Shown: positions 49,888 through 60,289, counted from the stretch's first letter. The stretch: 64,000 nucleotides of DNA from Eubacteriales bacterium (GCA_045649925.1 JAZRQS010000040.1:1499-65498), one strand, 5' to 3'. Numbers and translations are program-made. Notes: a model not told the origin generated them from the sequence alone.

Positions 49888-51246
49888 ATGCTTTCTTCAA
49901 TTTTGCAGAAAATCCCATTGCTCGTTGTCGGCTTGCTTTTGCTTATCGCAGTAATAACGATATACATTCGCTCCAAGCGTGTGACAAAGAGCGAGTCGTT
50001 CAAAATATTCAAGAGCGTAAAGCCACTTACTGTATGGGTATTGGTGTTTACCATAGTGCTTACGGGCGTGTTTGCAGTATTCAACCACGTGAAATCAAAG
50101 CAGTATATGATGGCTGTGGTGGCGCTGAACTATTCCGAGGCGTCCCAAGCGCAGAATACAAACGGCACGAGATTCAATATGACGGAAATCATCTGTGACG
50201 AGGTTATCGAAAGAGCCATCAAGCTCGGCGCATTTGAGGATGTCACAGTAGAGGAGCTTCGTGAGTGTCTTTCTGTCTATCCCTATGTTCAGGGTGATGT
50301 AAACGATGAGTCGAATTATCACATCTCTACTGAATTTGTCGTAGAATACTTCGCATCAAAGGATACAGCCCACCTCGATTCTGAAAATGTCATTATGCTT
50401 ATCACAAGCGCATATAAGGACTATTACATAGAGAAATATACAGACAATTTCAGCCTTACAGGCGACTCGGAAAAGCCCGATTATTCAAAGATGGAGTATA
50501 TGGACGTAGTAGCGTATTTCAGCAAGGAGGCGACCTCCGTGCTCAACTATATGTACGGCATGGCAGAAAAGGCCCCCAGCTTCGTCACCTCGGGCAACAT
50601 TTCCTTCAGCTCCATTGCAGGTAAGATATATCAGTTTAAAGAGACACAGATAGAGCAGAATCTGAGATCCCTTATTTTGCAGTATGGTCTTGTAAGAGAA
50701 GAGCAGACCTACCTTGAAAGACTTAACTACCAGAACCAGAACATAGACTTTACAAAGCAGAAAAATGTCGCTTCGTTTAATATTTGCAACGAGACTGTCG
50801 GTATGTACTCCGACGATATGACTCGTGTAGTTCTCGTCCCCACGAGAGACGCCGAGGGCAAGTATTATATGAGCAGGACAAAGGTCGGCATTGACGAGAT
50901 CTCCGTCTTGGCTACTACATTCAGCGACGCCATCGCAGAGAATGAAAAGGAGCTTATGAGCAACAGCCTCATTATTGAGAAGATACAGAATTCAAGCAAC
51001 ACAGCTCAGTACGCTTTACAGGCAGACGCTCTCATTCTTGCGATAGACAAGACGCTAGACGCCCTGACAGTAGAGGCGATAACGGCAGGTCGAGAGTATT
51101 CTGACTACAAGATGAATCAGTGTATTGCAGTCAGCATTTCTGACGGGTCACTGTTCAACGAGCTGAAAATGATAGTCGCGTTTGCCGTCATTGCCTACGT
51201 TTCGGCGATGGCATACGAGCTGTCAAGAAAATACCCGAAAGTATAA
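49888..51246 (+). CDS. Wzz/CpsC-like polysaccharide co-polymerase (extra N-terminal TM)
   Basis: TM-TM-large helical extracellular domain-TM; NY...NGTRFNMTEI motif shared with the next gene. Confidence 0.6.
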   Translation: MLSSILQKIPLLVVGLLLLIAVITIYIRSKRVTKSESFKIFKSVKPLTVWVLVFTIVLTGVFAVFNHVKSKQYMMAVVALNYSEASQAQNTNGTRFNMTEIICDEVIERAIKLGAFEDVTVEELRECLSVYPYVQGDVNDESNYHISTEFVVEYFASKDTAHLDSENVIMLITSAYKDYYIEKYTDNFSLTGDSEKPDYSKMEYMDVVAYFSKEATSVLNYMYGMAEKAPSFVTSGNISFSSIAGKIYQFKETQIEQNLRSLILQYGLVREEQTYLERLNYQNQNIDFTKQKNVASFNICNETVGMYSDDMTRVVLVPTRDAEGKYYMSRTKVGIDEISVLATTFSDAIAENEKELMSNSLIIEKIQNSSNTAQYALQADALILAIDKTLDALTVEAITAGREYSDYKMNQCIAVSISDGSLFNELKMIVAFAVIAYVSAMAYELSRKYPKV

Positions 51247-51266
51247 CGCGGACATAGGAGGTAAAA

Positions 51267-53162
51267 ATGAAAAGCTTACAATTCATGAGATATCTGAAAA
51301 AGATTCTCCCGTTCATTATCATTGTCTGCGTTTTGGCGACCTTCGTCATCAACTACAAGCTCAAGGGCTCAAATACCTATGTTGCATCTGAGATTATTCA
51401 CTACAATGACACTCAGACAGAGCTTGGAATTACACCTACAGGCGAAAAGTTTGATGTAAATGAGATAAAGTCATCTGCCGTTGTTTCCAAGGTGGTAAAC
51501 AAGCTCGGACTTACAGGCACATATTCGGTGGATAGCCTTATTTCAAGAATTTCGATAACCGCCATTCCCGACGAGGACAAGCTCGCTCAAAAGGAAGCCA
51601 AGCTCAAGGAGGGCGAGTCCTACATATATGAGCCAAGCACGTATGTAGTATCCTTTACTGCTACGAATAGCGAGGGCGCTGTATTTGCGAGGACTATTCT
51701 CGACGAGGTGCTTGACGTCTATTTTGCAGAATACAGTCAGAAATATGTAAATGTAGCTCCTGCGCAGAATATAATCGATAATATCGAAAACGGAAATTAC
51801 GATTATATCGAAATGGTGGAGCTGATAGACACAGGTATAAACGAGACCTTGAACACTCTCTATCAGAGAATGTCGCAAAATCTCTACTACAGAGGAACAA
51901 AGACAGGCGTTTCCTTCAACGACCTTGCAGACGAGTTCAATTACTTGAGACAGGTTACACTCTCAGGACTGTTTGCAAAGATATACAACTATCAGGTCAC
52001 AAAGGATAAGACCGTCCTTATTTCCGACTATAAGACAAGAATTGACAACAATAATATACAAGCGGCGACAGAGGAGAATATCGTAAACAACACACTCGCC
52101 ATCATCGACGCCTACGTCGACAAGATGAGAGAGTCGGGAAATACGAATATTTCCTCCGAGTACATTCTCGACAGCGTGCACGACAGTAGCGTCGATGGCG
52201 CGGGAAATCCCACAAATGCGGGCGACCAGACAGTTACATATGATGCGCTCCTCTATAGCTGGAGAGAGCACAGCGAGGCAAAGGAGTATCTTCTTATAGA
52301 TACCGCATACTCGCAGTATGTTATAGACGTGTTCACAGAGTGCACAGGTGCATGTAATAACGGCGAATGCCGTACCTCACCTCTTACCTGTACAGAGCTC
52401 AGCAATGCTGACTACGCTACAGTCAGGGGCGAGATAGAGGCTGATATAAAGACGCTTGTTGATGACTTGGCAGAGCTCTATGTTTTGACGAGAGCTACAA
52501 ACGATGAGTACAACTACTATCTCGGCGCAAGCTACATTTCGGTGCTTTCCTCTGCTTCTGTCAAGGAGAGCGTAAACGTAAATCTCTACACATTCATTGC
52601 ATTTTTCTTCCTCATATTCGTATGCTGTGGAGGCGCTATTATTCTCGGCAGACTTGGCGATGTAGTTCATTATGTATTCTACACCGACCATATCACCGAG
52701 TTCAACAACCGCGCATTCTTCGACAAGCTCCTCTCGTCTATGGATAAGAAGATACTTGACGACGGAACTGTTTACTGTACTGTCGATATAGCAAATCTGG
52801 CTGGCATAAACGCCACCTGCTCACGTGAGACAGGCGACGGCATTATCAAGATGTTTGCTAAATACTTGAAGGAAACATACGGAAAGTCGAATGCCGAATT
52901 TATCTACAACGGAAACGGTAGCTTCGTAATTCTTTCAAAGCACACAGACTATATTTCTATCGAGGATATACTTCGCCTGTTTGCATTGAAGCTGGAGGAG
53001 AGAGAAGAGTATCGCAACATTGCAATAGAGTTCAGCGTGGGTATTGCCGAGACCTTTGAGGGCAAGCAGACGGCGAGAAGGCTTCTCGCAGAGGCTATAA
53101 AGAGCAAAAAGACATACGTGTCCGGCGCTGATACAGAAAACAAAGAAAACGAAGAAAACTAA
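51267..53162 (+). CDS. Wzz-like co-polymerase with a C-terminal degenerate GGDEF domain
   Basis: TM-extracellular-TM, then TDHITEFNNR, VDIANLAGIN, TGD, YNGNGSF (in place of RxGGDEF), FSVGIA. Confidence 0.75.
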   Translation: MKSLQFMRYLKKILPFIIIVCVLATFVINYKLKGSNTYVASEIIHYNDTQTELGITPTGEKFDVNEIKSSAVVSKVVNKLGLTGTYSVDSLISRISITAIPDEDKLAQKEAKLKEGESYIYEPSTYVVSFTATNSEGAVFARTILDEVLDVYFAEYSQKYVNVAPAQNIIDNIENGNYDYIEMVELIDTGINETLNTLYQRMSQNLYYRGTKTGVSFNDLADEFNYLRQVTLSGLFAKIYNYQVTKDKTVLISDYKTRIDNNNIQAATEENIVNNTLAIIDAYVDKMRESGNTNISSEYILDSVHDSSVDGAGNPTNAGDQTVTYDALLYSWREHSEAKEYLLIDTAYSQYVIDVFTECTGACNNGECRTSPLTCTELSNADYATVRGEIEADIKTLVDDLAELYVLTRATNDEYNYYLGASYISVLSSASVKESVNVNLYTFIAFFFLIFVCCGGAIILGRLGDVVHYVFYTDHITEFNNRAFFDKLLSSMDKKILDDGTVYCTVDIANLAGINATCSRETGDGIIKMFAKYLKETYGKSNAEFIYNGNGSFVILSKHTDYISIEDILRLFALKLEEREEYRNIAIEFSVGIAETFEGKQTARRLLAEAIKSKKTYVSGADTENKENEEN

Positions 53163-53200
53163 AACGAAAAAACAAAGCTAAAGGAAAGGGGGCAAATGAG

Positions 53201-54511
53201 ATGGAAACGGAAAATAAATACGTGCGCATAGTCGGAAAGGCGTACTTTATGGCTGTCGCTGTGCTTATGTACTATTTTCTCACACAGGTAATACAGCTTG
53301 GAATATTCGTCACATATCGACACGCATTTGCCCTCGTCCTGTTTTGCTCGGCGTTTGTAGTCTTTTTATACAAGCCGAACATAGCGCGAGGAGTCGCATC
53401 ACTCAAGGCGACTCTCGTTTACTGCGCTCCACTTATCGTGACGGTGGTTGCATCACTGCTCATATGGTTTGTCGGGCAGGTCGACACATCGGTCATTGCG
53501 AGAGGATTATCAGCAACTTTTGTTTACAATAATATGATTTCCTTCACTCTCGCATCTGTTGCATTCCTTTACATCTTTGGCGAAAAGGGAATGTGGTATA
53601 ACCTTGTCGCTATACTTATTGCGAACATTATGATGATTTTGACTATCATAGCGCAAAACGGAATAGGCGTGTTTCTTTCCGAGCTTGTGACGCTTGTCAT
53701 TACCTTTGCAGGACAGACGGGTGACGTCATTGTACAGGCGGAAATACACGAGCTTGCGTTCTGTCTCGGAGCTTACCTCGTGTATATGCTCCTAAAGCCA
53801 CGGCGTGACGCAGTTTATTTCATATTGCTCGGTCTTACCTCGTTCTGCTTTATAGTAGCGTTCAAGCGTATCGGTATGATAGCCATTGCGCTTGCCTTGG
53901 CGTTTGGCTGGGGGCTCAAGCTTATAGCAAAATTGAAAAAGGATATGGCGTCACGTCTGGTGACCATATTCACTATCCTTCTCGTGCTTGTCCTGATAGG
54001 CTATGTTGCCATTATCAAGATGGACGTATTCACGCTTATAGAAAAGGCGGGAATTGACACGAGCGGACGAGTGGTAATTTACAACGCCGTTGATAAATTT
54101 TATGAATTTTCACCCGAGTTTTTAGGAAATGGTATAGGATTTCTGACATACCAGCTCAGCACCAATATGAATGTCGGCGTAAACTCGGTGCACAACGACT
54201 TTTTACAGTATTTTATCGACCTCGGCTTTTTTGGATATATTTTCTGGCTCCTTTCCATGACAGTTTTGAGGGTTTCCTATTTCGGAGCAAGGGGAAAGAC
54301 GGAAAATGCGATAATCACATTCGCTCTGACTGTGTATCTCGTTATCGTTTCCTCTACCGATAATACTCTTAACTACCCTCTGCTCACGACCGTGCTGGGT
54401 GTAATTATGATAGGTCAGGGCTTTGACGAGCGTGTAAGACATGCTGAGACAAAGCTGTTTGGATATATTTCCGATGCAAACAAAAATACAGGAGGTAACT
54501 CTCTCTTATGA
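53201..54511 (+). CDS. wzy: Wzy polymerase / O-antigen-ligase-family membrane protein
   Basis: About 11 TM; KR..., TSGRV.IY, LGNGIG, VHNDFLQYFIDLGFFG (Wzy_C motif). Confidence 0.8.
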   Translation: METENKYVRIVGKAYFMAVAVLMYYFLTQVIQLGIFVTYRHAFALVLFCSAFVVFLYKPNIARGVASLKATLVYCAPLIVTVVASLLIWFVGQVDTSVIARGLSATFVYNNMISFTLASVAFLYIFGEKGMWYNLVAILIANIMMILTIIAQNGIGVFLSELVTLVITFAGQTGDVIVQAEIHELAFCLGAYLVYMLLKPRRDAVYFILLGLTSFCFIVAFKRIGMIAIALALAFGWGLKLIAKLKKDMASRLVTIFTILLVLVLIGYVAIIKMDVFTLIEKAGIDTSGRVVIYNAVDKFYEFSPEFLGNGIGFLTYQLSTNMNVGVNSVHNDFLQYFIDLGFFGYIFWLLSMTVLRVSYFGARGKTENAIITFALTVYLVIVSSTDNTLNYPLLTTVLGVIMIGQGFDERVRHAETKLFGYISDANKNTGGNSLL

Positions 54512-55719
54512 AAATACTAATGGTAAACAAGTTTTTGTACCCCAGAGGCGGGTGCGAAACCTATATGCTCAATCTTGCCGAGGAATTGAAGGCAAAGGGG
54601 CATGAGGTGGAATACTTCGGTATGTATGACGAAAAGAATACGGTAGGCAACTCGCTCGGCTTATATACCACAAATATGGACTTCCACGATGCAGGTCTTG
54701 AGAAATTTCTTTACCCCTTCAGAATAATCTTCTCGACAGAGGCAAAGAAAAAGCTCGGACGCCTGCTTGATGAATTCAAGCCCGATGTCGTACATATGAA
54801 CAACATCAATTTCCAGCTCACTCCATCCGTTATCTATGCGGTGAAAAAGAGAAATATCCCTCTCGTGCAGACGGTCCACGACTATCAGATGATATGTCCT
54901 AACCATCTTCTTTACAGCTTCGGTGAGGTAAAGCCCTGCGAGAGATGTATAAACGGCTCAAAGCTCAATTGCTTTAAGTACAATTGTATTCACGACTCAA
55001 AGGCAAAGAGCCTTATCGGTGCCATTGAGGCAAAGCTGTATAAAATTCTTAAAACATATAAAAAGGTGGACCTTTATATCTGCCCGAGCAAATTCCTTGA
55101 GGAAAAGCTCCTTTTGGCGTCGGATTTGTATAAGGGCAAGACTGTGGCATTGCACAACTTTATAGAAAAGAAGCCCCTGCCCGAAAAGGTCACACCCGAA
55201 AAGCCCTATGTCGCCTTTGCCAGCAGACTGTCAAAGGAAAAGGGAGTCACGCTTCTCTACGAGGCGGCAAAAATGCTCCCCGACTATTCATTCCTTGTCG
55301 CAGGTAGCGGTCCTGACGGAGACTGCCTCAACGAGGTGCCAAACATTACTATGAAGGGCTTCCTCACAGGCGATGAGCTCACCTCGCTTATGGCAAACGC
55401 TCATGTTATGCTTTTGCCGTCGGTATGGTATGAAAACTGCCCCCTCTCGATACTTGAGACACATTCCTACGGCGTGCCCGTTATAACCATGAACAGTGGC
55501 GGAATGGCAGAGCTCGTAGAGGACGGCAAGACAGGTGCGCTTATAAACGAGCCTACCCCTGAGGCTGTTGCCGACGCTATCAGACGCTGCTTTGAGGACG
55601 AGGAATATTACAACACCCTCAAAGAGAATTGTGAAACCATGAAAGACAAGATTATAGGTGTCAGCGAATACTGCGACATCGTGATTTCAAAATACAAAGA
55701 CCTTATAGAACAGAGGTAA
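54508..55719 (+). CDS. GT4 glycosyltransferase
   Basis: RLSKEKG, PSVWYENCPLSILE. Confidence 0.92.
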   Translation: MKILMVNKFLYPRGGCETYMLNLAEELKAKGHEVEYFGMYDEKNTVGNSLGLYTTNMDFHDAGLEKFLYPFRIIFSTEAKKKLGRLLDEFKPDVVHMNNINFQLTPSVIYAVKKRNIPLVQTVHDYQMICPNHLLYSFGEVKPCERCINGSKLNCFKYNCIHDSKAKSLIGAIEAKLYKILKTYKKVDLYICPSKFLEEKLLLASDLYKGKTVALHNFIEKKPLPEKVTPEKPYVAFASRLSKEKGVTLLYEAAKMLPDYSFLVAGSGPDGDCLNEVPNITMKGFLTGDELTSLMANAHVMLLPSVWYENCPLSILETHSYGVPVITMNSGGMAELVEDGKTGALINEPTPEAVADAIRRCFEDEEYYNTLKENCETMKDKIIGVSEYCDIVISKYKDLIEQR

Positions 55720-55724
55720 ATCTA

Positions 55725-56780
55725 ATGTCTATCCCAAAGGTTAGCATTGTCGTTCCCGTATATAATACGGAGAAATATCTTGAGCAGTGCATAGCTTCTC
55801 TTTTAGCGCAGACGCTTAGTGAAATAGAGATAATTATAGTAGACGACGGCTCAAAGTCGGAGTGCGCCCAGCTTTGCGACACTCTTGCCAAGACAGACTC
55901 TCGTATCAGCGTGATACATAAGCAAAACGGTGGTCTCGGTCTTGCGAGAAATACGGGCATCTCTGCCTCGCTTGGCGAGTACGTAGGCTTTGTCGACTCC
56001 GACGACTACGTAAAGCCGACGATGTTTGAGTCGCTCTACTCGGCGGCAAGTCGCTATGGTGCCGACCTCGCTATTTCGGGCATGTCATTCGTCGGCGGAA
56101 ACACTTTTGCTCAAAGTGGTGACTACGAGGAAAAGCATTATTTCAGCGAGGACACCATCTTTGAAAACGAGGGAGTGCGTGAGCTCCTTCTCGGAGTGGT
56201 AGGTGCGCTCCCGAAAAATGCCGACGACAGCCGATACGGCGTCAGCGTGTGCAAGAATATCTTCAGGCGCGAGCTTTTGCTGAGCGGGAATATAGAGTTT
56301 TTCTCGGAGCGCAAGATAATAAGCGAGGATACACTCTTTATGGTGGATTTTGTCAAGCGCACGAAAAAGGCGGTCGGAATTCACGGCGCATTTTACTGCT
56401 ACAGAAGAAACGACGCTTCCTTGTCAAAGTCCTATAGGAGCGACCGATTTGAAAAGGTCCTTATATTCCTTTCCGAGCTTGAAAAGCACATAAGCGACAC
56501 ATTTGCAACAGAGGAGTACGCCTTGTATTTCGACAGGCTCGTGCAGGGATACGGAAGAATTTTGTGCTCACAGGAAATTCTGTATGCACACGACAACAAG
56601 ATCAAATATCGCGCGCTTAAAGCTCGCCTTGCAGAGATTTGCACGCACGAGGCGATAAAAGGTGCGCTTAAGGATTACCCGTGGTATCAGCTTCCCAAAA
56701 AGCAGGCGGCATTTGCATTTTGTATGAAGCACAGACTGTACCTTTTGCAAAAGGTTATGGTATTACTCAGAGCAAGATAG
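55725..56780 (+). CDS. GT2 glycosyltransferase
   Basis: SIVVPVYN, VDDGS, ARNTG, FVDSDD. Confidence 0.93.
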   Translation: MSIPKVSIVVPVYNTEKYLEQCIASLLAQTLSEIEIIIVDDGSKSECAQLCDTLAKTDSRISVIHKQNGGLGLARNTGISASLGEYVGFVDSDDYVKPTMFESLYSAASRYGADLAISGMSFVGGNTFAQSGDYEEKHYFSEDTIFENEGVRELLLGVVGALPKNADDSRYGVSVCKNIFRRELLLSGNIEFFSERKIISEDTLFMVDFVKRTKKAVGIHGAFYCYRRNDASLSKSYRSDRFEKVLIFLSELEKHISDTFATEEYALYFDRLVQGYGRILCSQEILYAHDNKIKYRALKARLAEICTHEAIKGALKDYPWYQLPKKQAAFAFCMKHRLYLLQKVMVLLRAR

Positions 56781-56791
56781 GAGATAAGAGT

Positions 56792-57817
56792 ATGCTTTTC
56801 TCGGTAATAGTTCCGATTTACAATATTGAAAAATATCTTCGTCGCTGTATTGATAGCGTGCTTTCGCAGTCGTTTACCGACTACGAGCTTATTCTGGTCG
56901 ACGACGGCTCGCCCGACGCCTGCCCTGCAATTTGCGACGAGTATGCAAAAACAGACGAAAGAATAAAGGTTATCCACAAGCAAAACGGAGGTCTCGTCAG
57001 CGCAAGACAGGCAGGCATTCGTGTGGCAAGTGGCGACTATGTTTTTCACCTCGACGGCGATGACGCTATATACGAAAATGCGCTTGAGGAGGCTCACAAG
57101 ATTATAGAGGAAATGCACCCTGACATTGTTTCCTTCTCCTATAGACGCTGTATAAACGGCGAGCCTGAGGAGGTCGTAGACGACCTTGTCGGTGAGGGGC
57201 TTTATAACAAGGCTGATATAGAGAAATATATCTACCCGAAGCTCTTGTCCGATGAAAAAATGCAAAACCTTTTCTACTTCTTGTGGGGCAAGGCGATAAA
57301 GCGTGAGCTCGCCACCAAGCACCAGCTGAATGTAAATCCCATCATCTCTCTTGGTGAGGACGTCAGCTGCAGCACCCCCTGCTATCTTGAGGCAGAGACA
57401 GTCTATATGAGCAGAAAGGTCGTGTATCTCTACACCATCAGATGCGACTCCCTGACTACAAACTTCAAGACCAGCCAGATAACCCAGATTGCCGACGTTA
57501 TAGTCGGACTTCGCGCGCTGGATATGAAAAAGCCTGACGACTTTGAAGAGCAGATTGCCCGCTACTCCTGCTTTTTGTGCTTTGCTATTCTTGCTTCAGC
57601 CGCAGAGGGCGGACACTTCAAGTCACTTTCCGAAATAAAGAGGCTTATACTTACGTCCTTGCATAAGGACGAGATAAAAAAAGCGCACTTTACCGATATT
57701 ACGATAAAATCGCGCATTTCCGTATTTTTGATGAAAAGAGGAATGATACGCTTGGCATTCTGCTTCTTGTTCTTGTGCAAGCAGATAAAGCGTTTGAGAA
57801 AGGGGAAAAATTCATGA
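56792..57817 (+). CDS. GT2 glycosyltransferase
   Basis: SVIVPIYN, VDDGS, SARQAG, LDGDD, GED. Confidence 0.93.
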   Translation: MLFSVIVPIYNIEKYLRRCIDSVLSQSFTDYELILVDDGSPDACPAICDEYAKTDERIKVIHKQNGGLVSARQAGIRVASGDYVFHLDGDDAIYENALEEAHKIIEEMHPDIVSFSYRRCINGEPEEVVDDLVGEGLYNKADIEKYIYPKLLSDEKMQNLFYFLWGKAIKRELATKHQLNVNPIISLGEDVSCSTPCYLEAETVYMSRKVVYLYTIRCDSLTTNFKTSQITQIADVIVGLRALDMKKPDDFEEQIARYSCFLCFAILASAAEGGHFKSLSEIKRLILTSLHKDEIKKAHFTDITIKSRISVFLMKRGMIRLAFCFLFLCKQIKRLRKGKNS

Positions 57818-58893
57818 AAAGCGAAGTAAAGATTTCCGTCATTATGAGTGTTTATAACGGAGAGGACTATCTTGCCGAGGCGATAGACAGCGTGCTCGCA
57901 CAGAGCTTTCGTGACTTTGAGCTTATCGTTATAAACGACTGCTCCACAGATAGCACCAGCGAGATTTTAAAGCGCTATGCAGAGCTTGACTCTCGTGTAA
58001 AGGTGCATACAAACGAGCAAAATCTTCGACTCCCGTCATCGCTTAACCGGGCGATATCCTTGGCAGAGGGTAAGTACATAGCGAGAATGGACGCTGACGA
58101 CATCTGCATGCCCGACAGATTTGAAAAGCAGTATGCATTTATGGAGGCAAACCCCGACATTGCACTTTCCTCCTGCAGATTTATGACCTTGAAAAACGGA
58201 GTTATTTCCTCGGGTGGTTGCGGAGGCAAGCCCGACCATGAGTCTATCAAGGCGTTGCTCTTGGTTACAAACCCGATACTCCACCCCGGCATTATTGCAA
58301 AGGCAGAGATAATCCGCTCGCTCGGCTATGACAAGAGCTTTACCTGTACAGAGGATATGGAGCTTTGGTCGAGATTCGTTATGGCAGGTCACAGGGTGGA
58401 GATACAGTCGGAATACCTGATGATATACCGACTTCACGATAAGCAGATTACCGAGACTACACGTGAGCGTCAGCGTGGCGAGGTCATCGCCATACAAAAG
58501 CGCTACTACGGCGAGCTGCTCGAGTGCATGAGCGAGGAGCAGGAGAAATTCTATATAAACGGAATTTATTTCTGCGACGATACCGACGTAGACAAGCTCT
58601 GCAAATTCCTTCGTTATCTCAAAAAGGCAAATCGCAAGTCGGGCAAGCTCGACAGCTACGCCATCTATTATGCAATGCTCGAGATACTTGCAGAGTACAA
58701 GAGACGTGGCATAGGAAAGTCGAAGATAATCAAGGGTATGCTTTCCTTCAGCCCCTTCTTCCTTATAAAAGAAATCCCCGCGCGCAAAAAGCGTGCCGTA
58801 AATGATGGCAAAAAGTGTATAGCAAGCGCCGAGAAAATCGGACTTGTTCATTCAGGAGGAAGCTTGGAATTCCCCATTTTTTCACAAAAGTGA
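57814..58893 (+). CDS. GT2 glycosyltransferase
   Basis: SVIMSVYNGE, INDCSTD, ARMDADD, TED. Confidence 0.93.
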   Translation: MKSEVKISVIMSVYNGEDYLAEAIDSVLAQSFRDFELIVINDCSTDSTSEILKRYAELDSRVKVHTNEQNLRLPSSLNRAISLAEGKYIARMDADDICMPDRFEKQYAFMEANPDIALSSCRFMTLKNGVISSGGCGGKPDHESIKALLLVTNPILHPGIIAKAEIIRSLGYDKSFTCTEDMELWSRFVMAGHRVEIQSEYLMIYRLHDKQITETTRERQRGEVIAIQKRYYGELLECMSEEQEKFYINGIYFCDDTDVDKLCKFLRYLKKANRKSGKLDSYAIYYAMLEILAEYKRRGIGKSKIIKGMLSFSPFFLIKEIPARKKRAVNDGKKCIASAEKIGLVHSGGSLEFPIFSQK

Positions 58894-58909
58894 TACAGGA
58901 GCATAGAGC

Positions 58910-60289
58910 ATGCGAATTTTTGAATATCCGTATAGTATAATTTTCATTTTGGTCGTCAGCCTTTTCCTTTTGGGTGGCATAATAGTATATTTTGCAGTAA
59001 AGGGATTAAAGACGACGAATTACGAGGAGGAGAACACCTTTGTGAGCATAAGCAAGCTGGAGACGAGCTTTGCCACATCGGGAAAATTCCGTGAGAGGCG
59101 TTGCGTTATGTATATCGATGTCGCCCTCGACAATTATCGTAGCTTGTACTCTGAGGCAAGGACGGAAAAGGTTTATGCCGACATAAAGAGCGTTCTGCTC
59201 AATTCGTTTTCCCCTCTCAAAAACGGCTACATATCAACATATGGCGAGCGCACCTTCGTCGCTTACTCCATCAATGAGCCTGAGGAGATAAGAGAGGTAG
59301 TGGAGGGCTTCAGCTCCTCTTTGACCAAGTGTCTCACCGACGCAGGCGCATTAAACATTATCGAGGTAAAGATAGGAGCTTTCTTTGCATTCGGCTCGGA
59401 CCTTTCCTTTGACGAGGCAATAGGCAGAGCAAAGCAGGCGTGCATTCTCGCAAAGAATGAAAAATTGCCGTATGCCGAGTGGAATGTAAGCAGTGGAAAA
59501 TCACTCGAAAAGAAGATAAAGATAGAGAACAATATTGAGAGCGAGATAGACAACAATCGCTTTTTCCTCGTTTATCAGCCCGTCATTGATGCAAAGACAA
59601 AGGAGATTATCGGAGCAGAGGTCTTGTCACGACTCAACTCCTCAAGCTCAGGCATTCTCCAGCCTGGCAGCTTCTTGTCCGCCGTTGATTCTGTAGGTCT
59701 CAACAACAAGTTTGACTACTACATCTTTGAGAAAAACTGCAAGTGGATATCAAATGACAAAAAACAGCGAGAGGGATATAAGTACACCATCAATTTCTCA
59801 CGCTCTACCTTGTCAGAGCCTGAATTTGTCGAAAAGATAACCAGCATAGCAGAGAAGTACGAGCTCAATTCCTCCTGCCTTGCCGTCGAAATTCTTGAGG
59901 ACAAGAACATTACAGACGAAGAAAAGAATCAGATGATGGAAAATCTGTCGTCACTTAAGGAAAAGGGAATTTCCGTACTGCTCGACGACTTCGGAAGTGG
60001 ATACGCCACCTTCGGCGACCTGCAGAATCTCGATATTTCCATCGTGAAGATAGATAGCGTTATCACGCAGAATTCCGTTACGGAAAACGGATATATAATT
60101 CTTGAAAACATTGTCCGTATGGCGAAGAGCATCGGATTTAAGACGCTCTGTGAGGGCGTAGAAACGGCAGCGCAGGAGGAGGCCGCCATTCGCGCAGGCT
60201 GCGACTTGCTTCAGGGCTACTACTATTACAGGCCTATGCCCGCCGTTATGCTTGAAAACCTGCTTGACAACAGTCGGGAAAATTCATAA
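58910..60289 (+). CDS. TM-degenerate GGDEF-EAL protein (probable phosphodiesterase)
   Basis: TYGERTF replaces GGDEF; EVLSR, INFS, VEILE, LDDFGSGY, VKID, CEGVE, LQGY. Confidence 0.85.
   Translation: MRIFEYPYSIIFILVVSLFLLGGIIVYFAVKGLKTTNYEEENTFVSISKLETSFATSGKFRERRCVMYIDVALDNYRSLYSEARTEKVYADIKSVLLNSFSPLKNGYISTYGERTFVAYSINEPEEIREVVEGFSSSLTKCLTDAGALNIIEVKIGAFFAFGSDLSFDEAIGRAKQACILAKNEKLPYAEWNVSSGKSLEKKIKIENNIESEIDNNRFFLVYQPVIDAKTKEIIGAEVLSRLNSSSSGILQPGSFLSAVDSVGLNNKFDYYIFEKNCKWISNDKKQREGYKYTINFSRSTLSEPEFVEKITSIAEKYELNSSCLAVEILEDKNITDEEKNQMMENLSSLKEKGISVLLDDFGSGYATFGDLQNLDISIVKIDSVITQNSVTENGYIILENIVRMAKSIGFKTLCEGVETAAQEEAAIRAGCDLLQGYYYYRPMPAVMLENLLDNSRENS

Noticed and set aside
47759-60289. Gram-positive Pel or cellulose synthase system
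   Set aside because: A priming phosphoglycosyltransferase, Wzx and Wzy_C-motif protein are present; no PelA/PelE/PelG or BcsA-PilZ was recognised; the degenerate GGDEF lacks the RxxD I-site of PelD.
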